In this document: positions 38,736 to 48,060 of the stretch, piece by piece | Position numbering within the stretch: the first letter of the stretch is position 1 | How the letters are laid out: each line of letters opens with the position of its first letter | From: Lachnospiraceae bacterium | GTDB taxonomy: Bacteria > Bacillota > Clostridia > Lachnospirales > Lachnospiraceae | Direction of reading: 5' to 3' | DNA: 64,000 bases | Assembly (NCBI GenBank): GCA_024403615.1 | Contig: JAKSRM010000008.1 | Span: 273 to 64,272 of the forward strand | Notes under the pieces: model-generated | What the model was told of the DNA's origin: nothing | Seen by the model: the letters and a program-made list of their open reading frames with translations, nothing else | Databases searched by the model: none | Position numbers and translations under genes: made by a program

Positions 38736-39275
38736 TTACTTTAATGCTTCAAAGGCTTCAAGTACTGAAGCTACACCTGTTTTAACAGCTGAGCTAGAGT
38801 ATGTAGCGCCGGAAATAGTATCAATATTGTCATCAGATCCGGAAATACCCATGTAGTTTGAAAGGTATTTTTCGTCGCCGGCTTTCGAGCCAACACCGGA
38901 AGTTTCGGTAGAAACGTCTGCCTTAATTCCAACGATAGTTCCGTTTGCATCAAGACCTACAGTTACAACAACGTCTCCGCCGTAGCCTTTATTTGCAGAT
39001 GTGAAAACATAACCGCAGCCATTGTTAGCTTTATAAGCGCTGGTAATGTTGAACTGCTCTGCCTCATAAGGAATCTCTGTGAAAGCATCTGCATCCGGAA
39101 GAACTTCCATACGAGCTTTTTCTGCAGCAATACGGCTGTTTTCTGCAATGATAGGTTCTGTAATGTTGTGGACGAAAGCAAGTAACGCTGCAACAACAGC
39201 TGCAATAATTAAAAGAACCAGAACAGGCTTAATCATGTCCTGAAACAGGCTGTTTTTCTTCTTTTCTTCAGTCAT
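38736..39275 (-). CDS. rnfG: Rnf complex subunit G (FMN-binding)
   Basis: N-terminal TM and the flavinylation motif 'SGATYSS' near the C-terminus. Confidence 0.9.
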   Translation of the reverse strand: MTEEKKKNSLFQDMIKPVLVLLIIAAVVAALLAFVHNITEPIIAENSRIAAEKARMEVLPDADAFTEIPYEAEQFNITSAYKANNGCGYVFTSANKGYGGDVVVTVGLDANGTIVGIKADVSTETSGVGSKAGDEKYLSNYMGISGSDDNIDTISGATYSSSAVKTGVASVLEAFEALK

Positions 39276-40221
39276 TTGCTTTCACCTTCTTTCCTTTTTT
39301 CTCTACGATTGCACCAACAGGTTTTCTTCTGGTCAGGTCATTAATATAAGGAACCAGAATGTTTGCAAGGATGATAGCGAAGGTTACGCCCTCTGTATAG
39401 TTACCAAATACACGGATAACAGCGGTAATGAAACCGATGAAGCATCCGAAAATTACTTTGCCCCAGTTTGTAATTGGGCTGGTTACATAGTCAGTAGCCA
39501 TGAAGAATGCGCCTAAGAAAACGCCGCCAGCGAATACGGAGAGGATTGGCTGTGGACCACCAAAGATCCATGTGAACAGCATTAAAGCTCCGATGTAGCA
39601 AAGAGGGATAATAGGTTTGATAACTTTACGAATAATCAGGTAAATACCACCAGCTAATAATGCTACGCAGCAAGTCTCGCCGATAACACCACCGTGGATA
39701 CCTAATACTAAATCTTTAAAGTTGCTCCAGTCTAAGTTGCCCATTACAGCAAGAGGAGTAGCAGATGTTAAAGCATCTACGGTACCTGCAGGTACGCTGT
39801 AGGTAGTCATTGCTGTAGTGAATGAGAACATCATTACGATACGGCCAACTAATGCTGGGTTCATGAAGTTGCATCCTAATCCACCGAAGATCATCTTACC
39901 AAGGATGATGGCTGCGATAGCACCAACAACTAACATCCAGATTGGCATATCCACAGGAACGTTGAATGCTACCAGAATACCGGTAACTACTGCAGATAAA
40001 TCCATGATGGTAACTTCACGATGAAGAAGTTTTTCAAAAATCAATTCGCCTAAAACGCAGGTGATTACGGAAATAACGGTCAGCAGAAGAGAACGGAATC
40101 CGTATAAGATGATGGAAACGATCAAAGCCGGCATAAGGGCAATGATGACGTCCAGCATAATCTTCTGGGTGGTATTTCCGGAGCGGATATGAGGCGATAC
40201 AGAAACTGTTAAACGATTCAT
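39268..40221 (-). CDS. rnfD: Rnf complex subunit D
   Basis: Polytopic NqrB/RnfD family protein with the flavinylation-type motif 'TSATPL'. Confidence 0.9.
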   Translation of the reverse strand: MNRLTVSVSPHIRSGNTTQKIMLDVIIALMPALIVSIILYGFRSLLLTVISVITCVLGELIFEKLLHREVTIMDLSAVVTGILVAFNVPVDMPIWMLVVGAIAAIILGKMIFGGLGCNFMNPALVGRIVMMFSFTTAMTTYSVPAGTVDALTSATPLAVMGNLDWSNFKDLVLGIHGGVIGETCCVALLAGGIYLIIRKVIKPIIPLCYIGALMLFTWIFGGPQPILSVFAGGVFLGAFFMATDYVTSPITNWGKVIFGCFIGFITAVIRVFGNYTEGVTFAIILANILVPYINDLTRRKPVGAIVEKKGKKVKAND

Positions 40222-41519
40222 CTAGCCTGTGCCTCCTTTACCAATGATTTTGCCAGTTTATGGCTTTCAACCAGGTTTCTCTTAGCAGGGCAAACAAATG
40301 CACAAGAACCACATTCCATACAAAGCATGATGTTGAGTTTATTTAATTCATCAACATCTTTTGCGATGCAGGCATGCTCTAAAGCGGTAGGCTCCAGATT
40401 TAATGGGCAAGCATCAACGCAACGTCCGCAGTGGATACAAGCAGAAGGTTTTGTAATCTTTGCTTCTTTTTCTGTCAGGAACAGAACTGCGTTTGTACTC
40501 TTTAAGATTGGCTGCTCCAGATCAGGAACAGAAATACCCATCATAGGTCCGCCGTAAAGAACCTTGAAAGGATCACCCTTCAGGCCGTTACAAGCTTCTG
40601 CTACATCCATCATGCTGGTTCCGATTGGAACGATCAGGTTCTGAGGTAAGCGAATAGCGCCACCATCAATGGTTACGCATTTGGTTACCAGAGGAAGACC
40701 AGTCATCAAGTATTTTCCAATGAAAGATAAGGTAGTTGCATTAATAACGATACAGCCAACATCGATTGGAAGCTTGCCTGCTGGAACAACACGGTGGGTT
40801 AAATTATAAATAAGAACTTTCTCACCGCCCTGTGGGTAAGAAGCTGGAAGAGACTGAACACTAACGTTCGGCATATCTGCTGTAAGCTCTTGCATGGATT
40901 CGATGGCAAACTTTTTGTTGTCTTCGATACCAATAATAATCTTTGCATTTGGATAGAACCAATGTAATGTATCCAGACCTTTTCCAAGACGGTCAGTTCT
41001 GTCTACCATAGTATGGGTGTCTGCTGTGATATAAGGTTCACATTCAGCACCATTTACAAGGATATAGTCAACCTTCTCTGGGTCAACTTTCAGCTTAGCT
41101 GCAGTTGGGAAGCCTGCGCCACCTAAACCTACACAGCCGCTGGCACGAACCGCTTCAATGAAGGAATCAAAATCAGTTATTACAGGAGGTTTTACCTCGC
41201 TGTATACTTCACCCAATCCATCGCTTTCGATGGTAACAGCTGTAGTAAGGGCACCGCTTGAAAGAAGCATGGTGTCAACAGCCTTAACTTTACCAGAAAT
41301 GGACGCATGAATTGGAGCGGAAACGAATGCTGTCGAATCCCCGATGATTTGTCCGATAGCAACATGATCTCCAACTTTTACTACTGGCGTACAAGGTGCA
41401 CCTATATGCATGGACATAGGAATTGTAACAGTCTTAGGCAGATCCATTCGATTAGGAATATCACCAGCTGTGCGCTTATAGTGCGGTACGTGAATGCTCT
41501 TTAAGTATTTTGCTTTCAC
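40218..41519 (-). CDS. rnfC: Rnf complex subunit C
   Basis: 433 aa. NADH/FMN-binding 'GLGGAGFPT' and two 4Fe-4S motifs, 'CIHCGRCVDACP' and 'CMECGSCAFVCP'. GTG start. Confidence 0.9.
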   Translation of the reverse strand: MKAKYLKSIHVPHYKRTAGDIPNRMDLPKTVTIPMSMHIGAPCTPVVKVGDHVAIGQIIGDSTAFVSAPIHASISGKVKAVDTMLLSSGALTTAVTIESDGLGEVYSEVKPPVITDFDSFIEAVRASGCVGLGGAGFPTAAKLKVDPEKVDYILVNGAECEPYITADTHTMVDRTDRLGKGLDTLHWFYPNAKIIIGIEDNKKFAIESMQELTADMPNVSVQSLPASYPQGGEKVLIYNLTHRVVPAGKLPIDVGCIVINATTLSFIGKYLMTGLPLVTKCVTIDGGAIRLPQNLIVPIGTSMMDVAEACNGLKGDPFKVLYGGPMMGISVPDLEQPILKSTNAVLFLTEKEAKITKPSACIHCGRCVDACPLNLEPTALEHACIAKDVDELNKLNIMLCMECGSCAFVCPAKRNLVESHKLAKSLVKEAQAR

Positions 41520-41656
41520 TTTTCCTTTTCCTTTCTTTATGATACAATCGCTTTTGATTTACGGACCAACTAATAAAAAAGGCTATAGTCGGTCAGCATA
41601 CGATATTTGTCGTTTATTGTAGCATTATCAATATCAGTTTACAAGGATTACCCATC

Positions 41657-42703
41657 GTGAAAACTGAAAAAAATCGTTATAAAATCAAAGAATTTTCGGC
41701 ATTTCTACTAGCCTTGCTGGTTCTGTTTTGCCTGCTCTTTTGTAATAGTTGTGGCAAGTCTTTCCAGAAAACCGTCACCACTTTCGCCTGTGATACGGTG
41801 GTCACCATTACCTATTATGATGAGAAGGACGAAAAGGCGGTGAATGATGCCCTTTCTTACTTGTCCGAACTGGAGCTAGTTTTCTCCCGGACCAATGAAA
41901 ATAGCGAGCTTTACGCGTTAAACGAAGCTCTGCATAAGGACGAATTCTTTGTTGCAGGCAAAGAACTTTTCCAGGCCCTGACCATGGCTTATGAAGCGGC
42001 AGAAGAATCCGATGGAGCTTTCGATTTTACGCTAGGAAATGTTTCAGACCTTTGGGATTTCACAGGAGAGACCCCTCATGTACCAGAGGAGGCTGTTTTA
42101 GCAGAGACCTTAAGCCATACGGGATATGAGAAAATCCATCTGGAAGGAATCTTTGTAACCGATGCAGAAGAATCCAACCCAGGAGGCTATGTGTCCAGTG
42201 AAGATGCTTCTTTATCCATTGATTTAGGCGGTATGGCCAAGGGCTATATGGGACAGAAATTAAAAGACCGTCTGATGGAGGCTGGTGTAGAATCTGCTCT
42301 TCTGAATTTAGGCGGAAACGTCGTTACCATTGGCAAGAAACCAGACGGCTCCGAATTTCAGATTGGCATTTCCAAGCCGGAAAAAGGCAGTTCCGAATAT
42401 GTATCTACGGTAGGGATTGCGAATGAGGCCGCTGTTACTTCCGGAATATACCAGCGCTATTTTGAAGATGGTGGCAAATGGTATCATCACATTCTGGACC
42501 CGAAAACCGGACGTCCGGTAGAGTCCGATGTTGCTTCCGTTACCGTTATCTACAGAGACTCCGGCATGGCGGACATCTTATCCACAACATTGTTCGTTGC
42601 TGGCCCAGATTATACGGAAAACTATGTAAAGAACTGCTCGCAAGACATTACGGTAGTATATGTAATGAAAGACGGCAGCTTAAAAGAATTTTCTAATAAA
42701 TAG
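41657..42703 (+). CDS. apbE: FAD:protein FMN transferase (ApbE), lipoprotein
   Basis: 'LGGMAKGY', 'SGIYQRYF' and 'HHILDPKTG' are ApbE signatures. GTG start with an AAGGA SD. It is divergent from rnfC. Confidence 0.88.
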   Translation: MKTEKNRYKIKEFSAFLLALLVLFCLLFCNSCGKSFQKTVTTFACDTVVTITYYDEKDEKAVNDALSYLSELELVFSRTNENSELYALNEALHKDEFFVAGKELFQALTMAYEAAEESDGAFDFTLGNVSDLWDFTGETPHVPEEAVLAETLSHTGYEKIHLEGIFVTDAEESNPGGYVSSEDASLSIDLGGMAKGYMGQKLKDRLMEAGVESALLNLGGNVVTIGKKPDGSEFQIGISKPEKGSSEYVSTVGIANEAAVTSGIYQRYFEDGGKWYHHILDPKTGRPVESDVASVTVIYRDSGMADILSTTLFVAGPDYTENYVKNCSQDITVVYVMKDGSLKEFSNK

Positions 42704-42719
42704 ATAATTATAAAATCAA

Positions 42720-42749
42720 AAAAGGCGGGACTTTTGTCCCGCCATTTTT
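42720..42749. terminator. Bidirectional rho-independent terminator
   Basis: ggcgggac-tttt-gtcccgcc flanked by an A-run and a T-run, between convergent apbE and the dCMP deaminase gene. Confidence 0.8.
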
Positions 42750-43238
42750 TTACAGATTCAGCTCGATTTTCTTTCCACTATAGTCGTATGGATGATAGTA
42801 GACACCAGCAGAATCCAGCATTCGCTTGGAAGCGATAACGCCTGGCGTATCTGCATACTTGTCATCACCATAAATGATTTCTTTAATGCCCGCCTGGATT
42901 ACAGCTTTCGCACATTCGTTACATGGGAACAGCGTTACATACAGTTTCGAGCCTTCCAGAGAGCCTCCGCGATAATTCAAAATCGCATTCAGCTCGCTGT
43001 GAGTGGTATAAAAATACTTGCTGTGGTCTGGAGTCTCGTCAGTTTTTTCCCATGGGAAATCATCATCCGAGCAGCCTCTCGGCAATCCGTTGTATCCGAT
43101 AGACAGAATCTTGTTGTCCTGGCTGACAATGCATGCGCCAACCTGTGTGGACGGGTCTTTCGAACGCTGGGCAGCTAAGAAAGCTACGCCCATAAAATAT
43201 TCATCCCAGGAAATATAATTTTCTCTTTTATTGCTCAC
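42750..43238 (-). CDS. dCMP deaminase (ComEB-type cytidine/deoxycytidylate deaminase)
   Basis: Zn motifs 'HSELNA' and 'PCNECAKAV'. Confidence 0.88.
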   Translation of the reverse strand: MSNKRENYISWDEYFMGVAFLAAQRSKDPSTQVGACIVSQDNKILSIGYNGLPRGCSDDDFPWEKTDETPDHSKYFYTTHSELNAILNYRGGSLEGSKLYVTLFPCNECAKAVIQAGIKEIIYGDDKYADTPGVIASKRMLDSAGVYYHPYDYSGKKIELNL

Positions 43239-43317
43239 GATATACTCCTTCCCTTCTATTTCACGTTTTAGACAAGGGATGCTCCTATGCTAAAACGCTT
43301 TCTATCAAAACTTCCAA

Positions 43318-43752
43318 TTAGTCTTCCAGTTTGCCGATACGACGGATATGATTCTCGCCGAATGAGAAATCGGTGCTCATGAAAATATCCAGGAATTCGG
43401 TAGCTTTTTCTAAATCAATAACACGTGCGCCCATGCAGATAATGTTTGCATCGTTGTGCTCACGAGTAGCCTGTGCGGAGAATGCATCTCCAACAACTGC
43501 TGCACGGATTCCTTTTACTTTGTTTGCTGCCATGCTCATTCCAATACCGGTTCCACAGATCAGAACGCCTTTTTCTGCTACGCCGTCTGCTACACAGTGG
43601 GAAACAGCTTTTGCAAATTCCGGATAATCGCAAGACTGGTCAGAATCTGTACCAAAGTCTTTTACTTCATATCCTTTTTCTTCCAAATGTTTTTTTAATG
43701 CCTCTTTCATTTCGAATCCGGCATGATCACTGCCAATTGCTATCATTTTCAT
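43318..43752 (-). CDS. rpiB: Ribose-5-phosphate isomerase B
   Basis: 144 aa. 'IAIGSDHAGFEMK' and 'GVLICGTGIGMSMAANK' are RpiB/LacAB signatures. Confidence 0.92.
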   Translation of the reverse strand: MKMIAIGSDHAGFEMKEALKKHLEEKGYEVKDFGTDSDQSCDYPEFAKAVSHCVADGVAEKGVLICGTGIGMSMAANKVKGIRAAVVGDAFSAQATREHNDANIICMGARVIDLEKATEFLDIFMSTDFSFGENHIRRIGKLED

Positions 43753-43800
43753 CCTCCCAGTTTATGTTTAATATCTGCTTGCGCAGTTTTAAGCTCTTTA

Positions 43801-44259
43801 TTATTCTTCCGCGAATTTCAGAACCAGATTGTCTAACAATCCTTTTAAAATTTCCACAACGGTTTCATATTCTTCTAAGGTTCCACCTAAAGGAAGCTTT
43901 AAATCGCCGCTGCTACCTAAGTACTCCTTTAACGTATGTACGTTCATGGCAGAAGAAAACCGGTCATAAGCCACGGTTTTGCTTCCATTATCCATAGCCA
44001 GAATTAAGGTTTTCTCTGAAAAGTCCTCTTCCGTTAAGGCCAGGGCCGCATAAGAAGACAGATCCGCATCATTTTCTTTCGCGATTTCCACTACTTTCTG
44101 GTTTACTGGTTCCGGAAAAAGAACGATATTTCCTCTGGACGCAATATTCAGCCCATCGATGGACGCCGCTCTGATTTTCTTTTTAAACAAAACGGAAGCC
44201 AAAGGACTGAGCCTGGTATTGTCTTCATCTAAAAATATAATTCGGTTAAATCTTGACAT
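43801..44259 (-). CDS. LMW protein phosphatase (YwlE)-like protein lacking catalytic residues
   Basis: Fold-level similarity and conserved tsaC-ywlE-rpiB synteny. The CX5R loop reads 'LDEDNTRLSP' instead of 'CTGNTCRSP', and 'DPFGG' reads 'LPLGG'. Confidence 0.65.
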   Translation of the reverse strand: MSRFNRIIFLDEDNTRLSPLASVLFKKKIRAASIDGLNIASRGNIVLFPEPVNQKVVEIAKENDADLSSYAALALTEEDFSEKTLILAMDNGSKTVAYDRFSSAMNVHTLKEYLGSSGDLKLPLGGTLEEYETVVEILKGLLDNLVLKFAEE

Positions 44260-44333
44260 ATGTACAAATCCCCCATTGATGGTACCTTCTAGCGTCTGTG
44301 CCCTCTGCTTTCCCCCAAAGCTTCAAAAGCACC

Positions 44334-44960
44334 TTACGCTTCATCAATCATCTCCTGCGTAATAACCCCTTCTCTTAAGATCTTTGGACGGTCGCCCGTC
44401 ATATCTACAACAGTGGAAGCAAGTCCTACCTTGCAAGCGCCACCATCAATAATCATATCAATCTTTCCATCTAAGTCTTCGGAAACATCCTCTGCGGTTA
44501 CGGAGCTACGTTTGCCGGACGTATTGGCACTCGGAGCTGCCAAAGGAAGCCCTGCTGCCTCAATAATTTTCAACGTCACATCCAAATCCGGCATACGGAT
44601 TCCGATGGTTTCTCCCCCTGCAGTTACATTGTCCGGAATTCCCGGTTTCTTTTTAAAAATCAGAGTCAGCGCTCCTGGCCAATATTTCTTCATGAGCCGA
44701 CCAGCCTTTTCGGCCATTTCCCCAGATCCGAAATCTGCCAGCAGATTTACCTGGTCAATATTGCTGACAAGGATGCTTAAGGGTTTTCCTTCATCACGGC
44801 CTTTTGCATCAAAAATTTTGGCAACGGCTTTTTCATCACGATAGATGGCACCCAAGCCATAAACCGTATCCGTAGGAAAGGCTACAATGCCCCCGTCCCT
44901 TAAGACGCGGCCTGCAGCAACCAGATTTTCATCGCCTGTGGATAATAGAACTGTTTTCAT
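44334..44960 (-). CDS. tsaC: L-threonylcarbamoyladenylate synthase (YrdC/TsaC type)
   Basis: 208 aa. 'FPTDTVYGLGA' and 'SANTSGK' are YrdC-domain motifs. Confidence 0.88.
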   Translation of the reverse strand: MKTVLLSTGDENLVAAGRVLRDGGIVAFPTDTVYGLGAIYRDEKAVAKIFDAKGRDEGKPLSILVSNIDQVNLLADFGSGEMAEKAGRLMKKYWPGALTLIFKKKPGIPDNVTAGGETIGIRMPDLDVTLKIIEAAGLPLAAPSANTSGKRSSVTAEDVSEDLDGKIDMIIDGGACKVGLASTVVDMTGDRPKILREGVITQEMIDEA

Positions 44961-45064
44961 GGCACCCTCCGTTATTGCAAATTATAACATGATTGTGGTA
45001 TCATAAGACAACATATTTTGCATTATATTTATGAATGTTTTACTAAATTTGGAGGATATAAATT

Positions 45065-45556
45065 ATGAAATGTTCTAATTGTGGCGCCGAATTAGTAGAA
45101 GGCGCAAAATTCTGCGGAAATTGCGGAACTCCTGTTGTAGAAGAAGCTGTCCCTGTAGTGGAAACTGCTCCTGTTCAAGAAGCTACTCCACAGCCAGAAG
45201 TTAAGGCTGCTACCCCTCAGGCTCAGGAATATGTTCAGCAGATGAAAGCTATGGAGCAAACTACTACAGCTGCTCCATCCATCAAAAAGAGTATTTGGTC
45301 CCTTATCTTAGGTATTGCTGGACTTGGCTCTTCTTGGACCGGTTTCCTGGGACCTTTCGGATTAATCGGTATTATTATTTCCATCATCGGTCTTATCATC
45401 GGTGGTAAGGCAAAAAAAGAAAACCCTGGAAACAAGATGGGCAAATCCGGCTGGGTTCTTGCTTTGATCGGCTTGATTTTAAGTGCAATTTTTACAATTA
45501 TTGGCACAATTATCTGGGTAACAGCTTTTAGAGAAGGAGTTGTTTATTTCAAATAG
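45065..45556 (+). CDS. Zinc-ribbon plus DUF4190-like membrane protein
   Basis: N-terminal 'CSNCGAEL..CGNCG', a Pro/Ala/Gln-rich linker and two C-terminal TM helices. Confidence 0.6.
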   Translation: MKCSNCGAELVEGAKFCGNCGTPVVEEAVPVVETAPVQEATPQPEVKAATPQAQEYVQQMKAMEQTTTAAPSIKKSIWSLILGIAGLGSSWTGFLGPFGLIGIIISIIGLIIGGKAKKENPGNKMGKSGWVLALIGLILSAIFTIIGTIIWVTAFREGVVYFK

Positions 45557-45573
45557 AAATTAGCTAAAGTTCT

Positions 45574-45607
45574 GGGGAGCTTTTAAGCTCCCCGTTTTTC
45601 TTTTTTT
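45574..45607 (+). terminator. Rho-independent terminator
   Basis: ggggagc-ttttaa-gctcccc followed by gtttttcttttttt. It abuts the lgt ATG. Confidence 0.8.
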
Positions 45608-46417
45608 ATGTTTGAATTTTTACAAAATGAAGTAACTTTTTATCTGTTATGTGGCCTTCTGGGTCTGGCTGCATCCATCATCGTTGTATGCATTCTGATC
45701 CGGAACCGCAACGTTACCAAATCACGCTTCATTGCGCTTTACATTTGCGCTGCAGCGGGTTTATTTGTTGGCGGCCATTTCTTCTTTTTCCTGGTGGGTC
45801 TTCCAGATTACATCCGAGACGTTGTTCCTACGCTAAAAAGTTTCTATGATTTTGTAATTTCCTTAGGCATGGCCTCTTCCGGTATGGTGTTCTACGGCGG
45901 ACTTTTGTTTGGTCTCTTGTTTATGTATATCTACTGCAGACGTGTAAAACTTCCTGTCCGTCATTATTTCAACATTATGGTTGTAACCTGCCCTCTGTTC
46001 CATTGCTTCGGCCGTATCGGCTGCGCCCTTTCCGGCTGCTGTTACGGAATCGAATATCATGGACCATTGGCCATTCTCTACAACGAATCTTTCGTTACTC
46101 CTGGCGTAAACGAAGACTTAGTAGACTTTCCTCGTTTTCCGGTCCAGCTGTTAGAGGCTCTGTTAGAGCTGATTCTTTTCATCGTTCTTTTACTTATTTA
46201 CTTAAAAAAAGAAGATGCGTTCTCTGTTACAGCAACGTATCTTCTCGTTTATCCTATTATTCGGTTCTTTGATGAATTCTTACGTGGCGACGTTCAAAGG
46301 GGAATCTGGGGTCCGTTCTCTACTTCCCAATGGGTCAGCCTCGTAATATTTATCATTACGCTAATATATCTGATAGTTCAGCGAAATCGCTCAAAGAAAG
46401 CGCTTCGCCACGAATAG
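45608..46417 (+). CDS. lgt: Prolipoprotein diacylglyceryl transferase
   Basis: 269-aa polytopic protein with the 'FGRIGCALSGCCYG' Lgt signature. There is no SD, and the start sits directly after a terminator, so the start is uncertain. Confidence 0.75.
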   Translation: MFEFLQNEVTFYLLCGLLGLAASIIVVCILIRNRNVTKSRFIALYICAAAGLFVGGHFFFFLVGLPDYIRDVVPTLKSFYDFVISLGMASSGMVFYGGLLFGLLFMYIYCRRVKLPVRHYFNIMVVTCPLFHCFGRIGCALSGCCYGIEYHGPLAILYNESFVTPGVNEDLVDFPRFPVQLLEALLELILFIVLLLIYLKKEDAFSVTATYLLVYPIIRFFDEFLRGDVQRGIWGPFSTSQWVSLVIFIITLIYLIVQRNRSKKALRHE

Positions 46418-47225
46418 TTTCGCTTTTTCCCATTTTTACAAGAGCTTCTGCCACCTGTTCTTTAGACCAGTTTAAATTTTGCGCATTTCCCAAGGCGTTT
46501 ACTAACGTTTTTCTTCTCTGGTTGAAGGCCGCACGGATAATGTCAAACATCTTTCCTTCATCCTTTGCCTTTACAGGACGCTCTTCTTCTTTGAAAATAT
46601 CCAGCTTAATTACTGCAGAATCTACATCCGGTTTCGGAATGAAGCAGTTTTTGGAAACGATCATAACTACTTCCGGACGGGAATAAAACTGAACCGCCAG
46701 GCTTAAAGCACCATAGGCCTTACTTCCCGGACCTTCCTGCATCCTTACCGCCACTTCCTTCTGAATCATAACCGTAATGCTGTCGATTTCATGCTGCTTT
46801 TCCAAAAGTTCCATAACAATTGGCGTAGTAATGTAGTACGGAAGGTTGGCAACCACCTTTACTTTCGCTCCACTACCACCACTAACAGAAGCAATCAGTT
46901 CTCCAATATCCACCTTCAGAATATCATCGTTAATCAGCGTGAAATTCTCGTAGTCCTTAAAGTTTTCCTTAAGAATCGGAATCAGCATTTTATCTACCTC
47001 TACGGCGATTACATGCTTCGCTGCCTGAAGCAAATATTCCGTAAGTGCTCCTAAACCAGGACCGATTTCCAGAACAATATCGTCCTCGGTAATTCCAGCT
47101 GCGCTGACAATAGAAGAAAGAACGTTGGCATCAATCAGGAAGTTCTGTCCATATTTCTTCTGGATCGAAAAATCATGGCTTTTGATCAGTTCTAAAGTTT
47201 TATTCGGGTTTCCTAAATTTTCCAT
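46356..47225 (-). CDS. rsmA: 16S rRNA (adenine1518/1519-N6)-dimethyltransferase
   Basis: 'KKYGQNFLID' and SAM motif 'VLEIGPGLGALT'. The 3' end overlaps the lgt 3' end by 62 nt. Confidence 0.92.
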   Translation of the reverse strand: MENLGNPNKTLELIKSHDFSIQKKYGQNFLIDANVLSSIVSAAGITEDDIVLEIGPGLGALTEYLLQAAKHVIAVEVDKMLIPILKENFKDYENFTLINDDILKVDIGELIASVSGGSGAKVKVVANLPYYITTPIVMELLEKQHEIDSITVMIQKEVAVRMQEGPGSKAYGALSLAVQFYSRPEVVMIVSKNCFIPKPDVDSAVIKLDIFKEEERPVKAKDEGKMFDIIRAAFNQRRKTLVNALGNAQNLNWSKEQVAEALVKMGKSETIRGEALSLSDFAELSDILA

Positions 47226-47241
47226 TTATTTTCCTGCTCTT

Positions 47242-48060
47242 TTACAGATGGTACATCCGTTTCGCGTTTTCTTCGGTGATAGCTACAACCTCGTCAAAGC
47301 TGAGGCCCTTAATTTCTGCGATTTTTTCTGCCACATATTTGATATTGGCAGAATTGTTTCTGCTGCCTCTTACCGGCTCCGGAGCCAGGTATGGACAATC
47401 GGTTTCCAAAAGAATCCGGTCCATTGGCATGTATTCTACAATTCGTCTCAATTTGCGGCCATTTTTGTAAGTTAAAACGCCTCCTACGCCAATATAGAAT
47501 CCTAAATCCAGATAGATTTTCGCCATTTCCAGTTCATAAGAGAAGCAATGGATAACGCCTCCACAATCTTTTGCAGATTCGGCTTGGATTACATCCAACG
47601 TATCCGCTGCGCTGTCCCGGCTATGTACCAGAATCGGATAATTTACTTCCTTTGCCAGATTAATCTGACGGGCAAACCATTCCTTCTGGAACGGCTTGTC
47701 GGTATCATCGTAATGATAATCCAGACCAATTTCGCCTACGGCAATGATTTTTGGATTCTTCAAGGCTTCTTTTACGATTTCAAATTCTTTATCGCCGGCA
47801 TAGAAGTCTTTATTGCCACGAATGGAATCGTCTTCGCCGCATTCCATTTTATAAAGTTCTGTCGGATGAAGGCCAGCTGCGCCATAAAGAAAATCATACT
47901 GTTCCGTTAGGCGGATAATGTTCGGAATGGAACTGCAGCGAGCGGCTGCATCTACCACAAAACCGACGCCATTACTTTTAAGACCGGAAAGAATTTCTTC
48001 CCGGTCTTCATTAAAAGCGCTGTCATCGTAATGTGCGTGTGTATCAAAAATCAAACTCAT
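47242..48060 (-). CDS. TatD family metal-dependent hydrolase
   Basis: 'IFDTHAHYDD', 'VGEIGLDYHY' and 'LETDCPYLAP' motifs. Confidence 0.9.
   Translation of the reverse strand: MSLIFDTHAHYDDSAFNEDREEILSGLKSNGVGFVVDAAARCSSIPNIIRLTEQYDFLYGAAGLHPTELYKMECGEDDSIRGNKDFYAGDKEFEIVKEALKNPKIIAVGEIGLDYHYDDTDKPFQKEWFARQINLAKEVNYPILVHSRDSAADTLDVIQAESAKDCGGVIHCFSYELEMAKIYLDLGFYIGVGGVLTYKNGRKLRRIVEYMPMDRILLETDCPYLAPEPVRGSRNNSANIKYVAEKIAEIKGLSFDEVVAITEENAKRMYHL

Noticed and set aside
43473-43997. 174-aa plus-strand ORF spanning rpiB and the phosphatase-like gene, and 52780-53466 (228 aa) overlapping the MBOAT gene in another frame.
   Set aside because: Both are alternative-frame or antisense ORFs inside strongly supported genes. 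They have biased, Arg/Leu/His-rich composition and no start-site signals.
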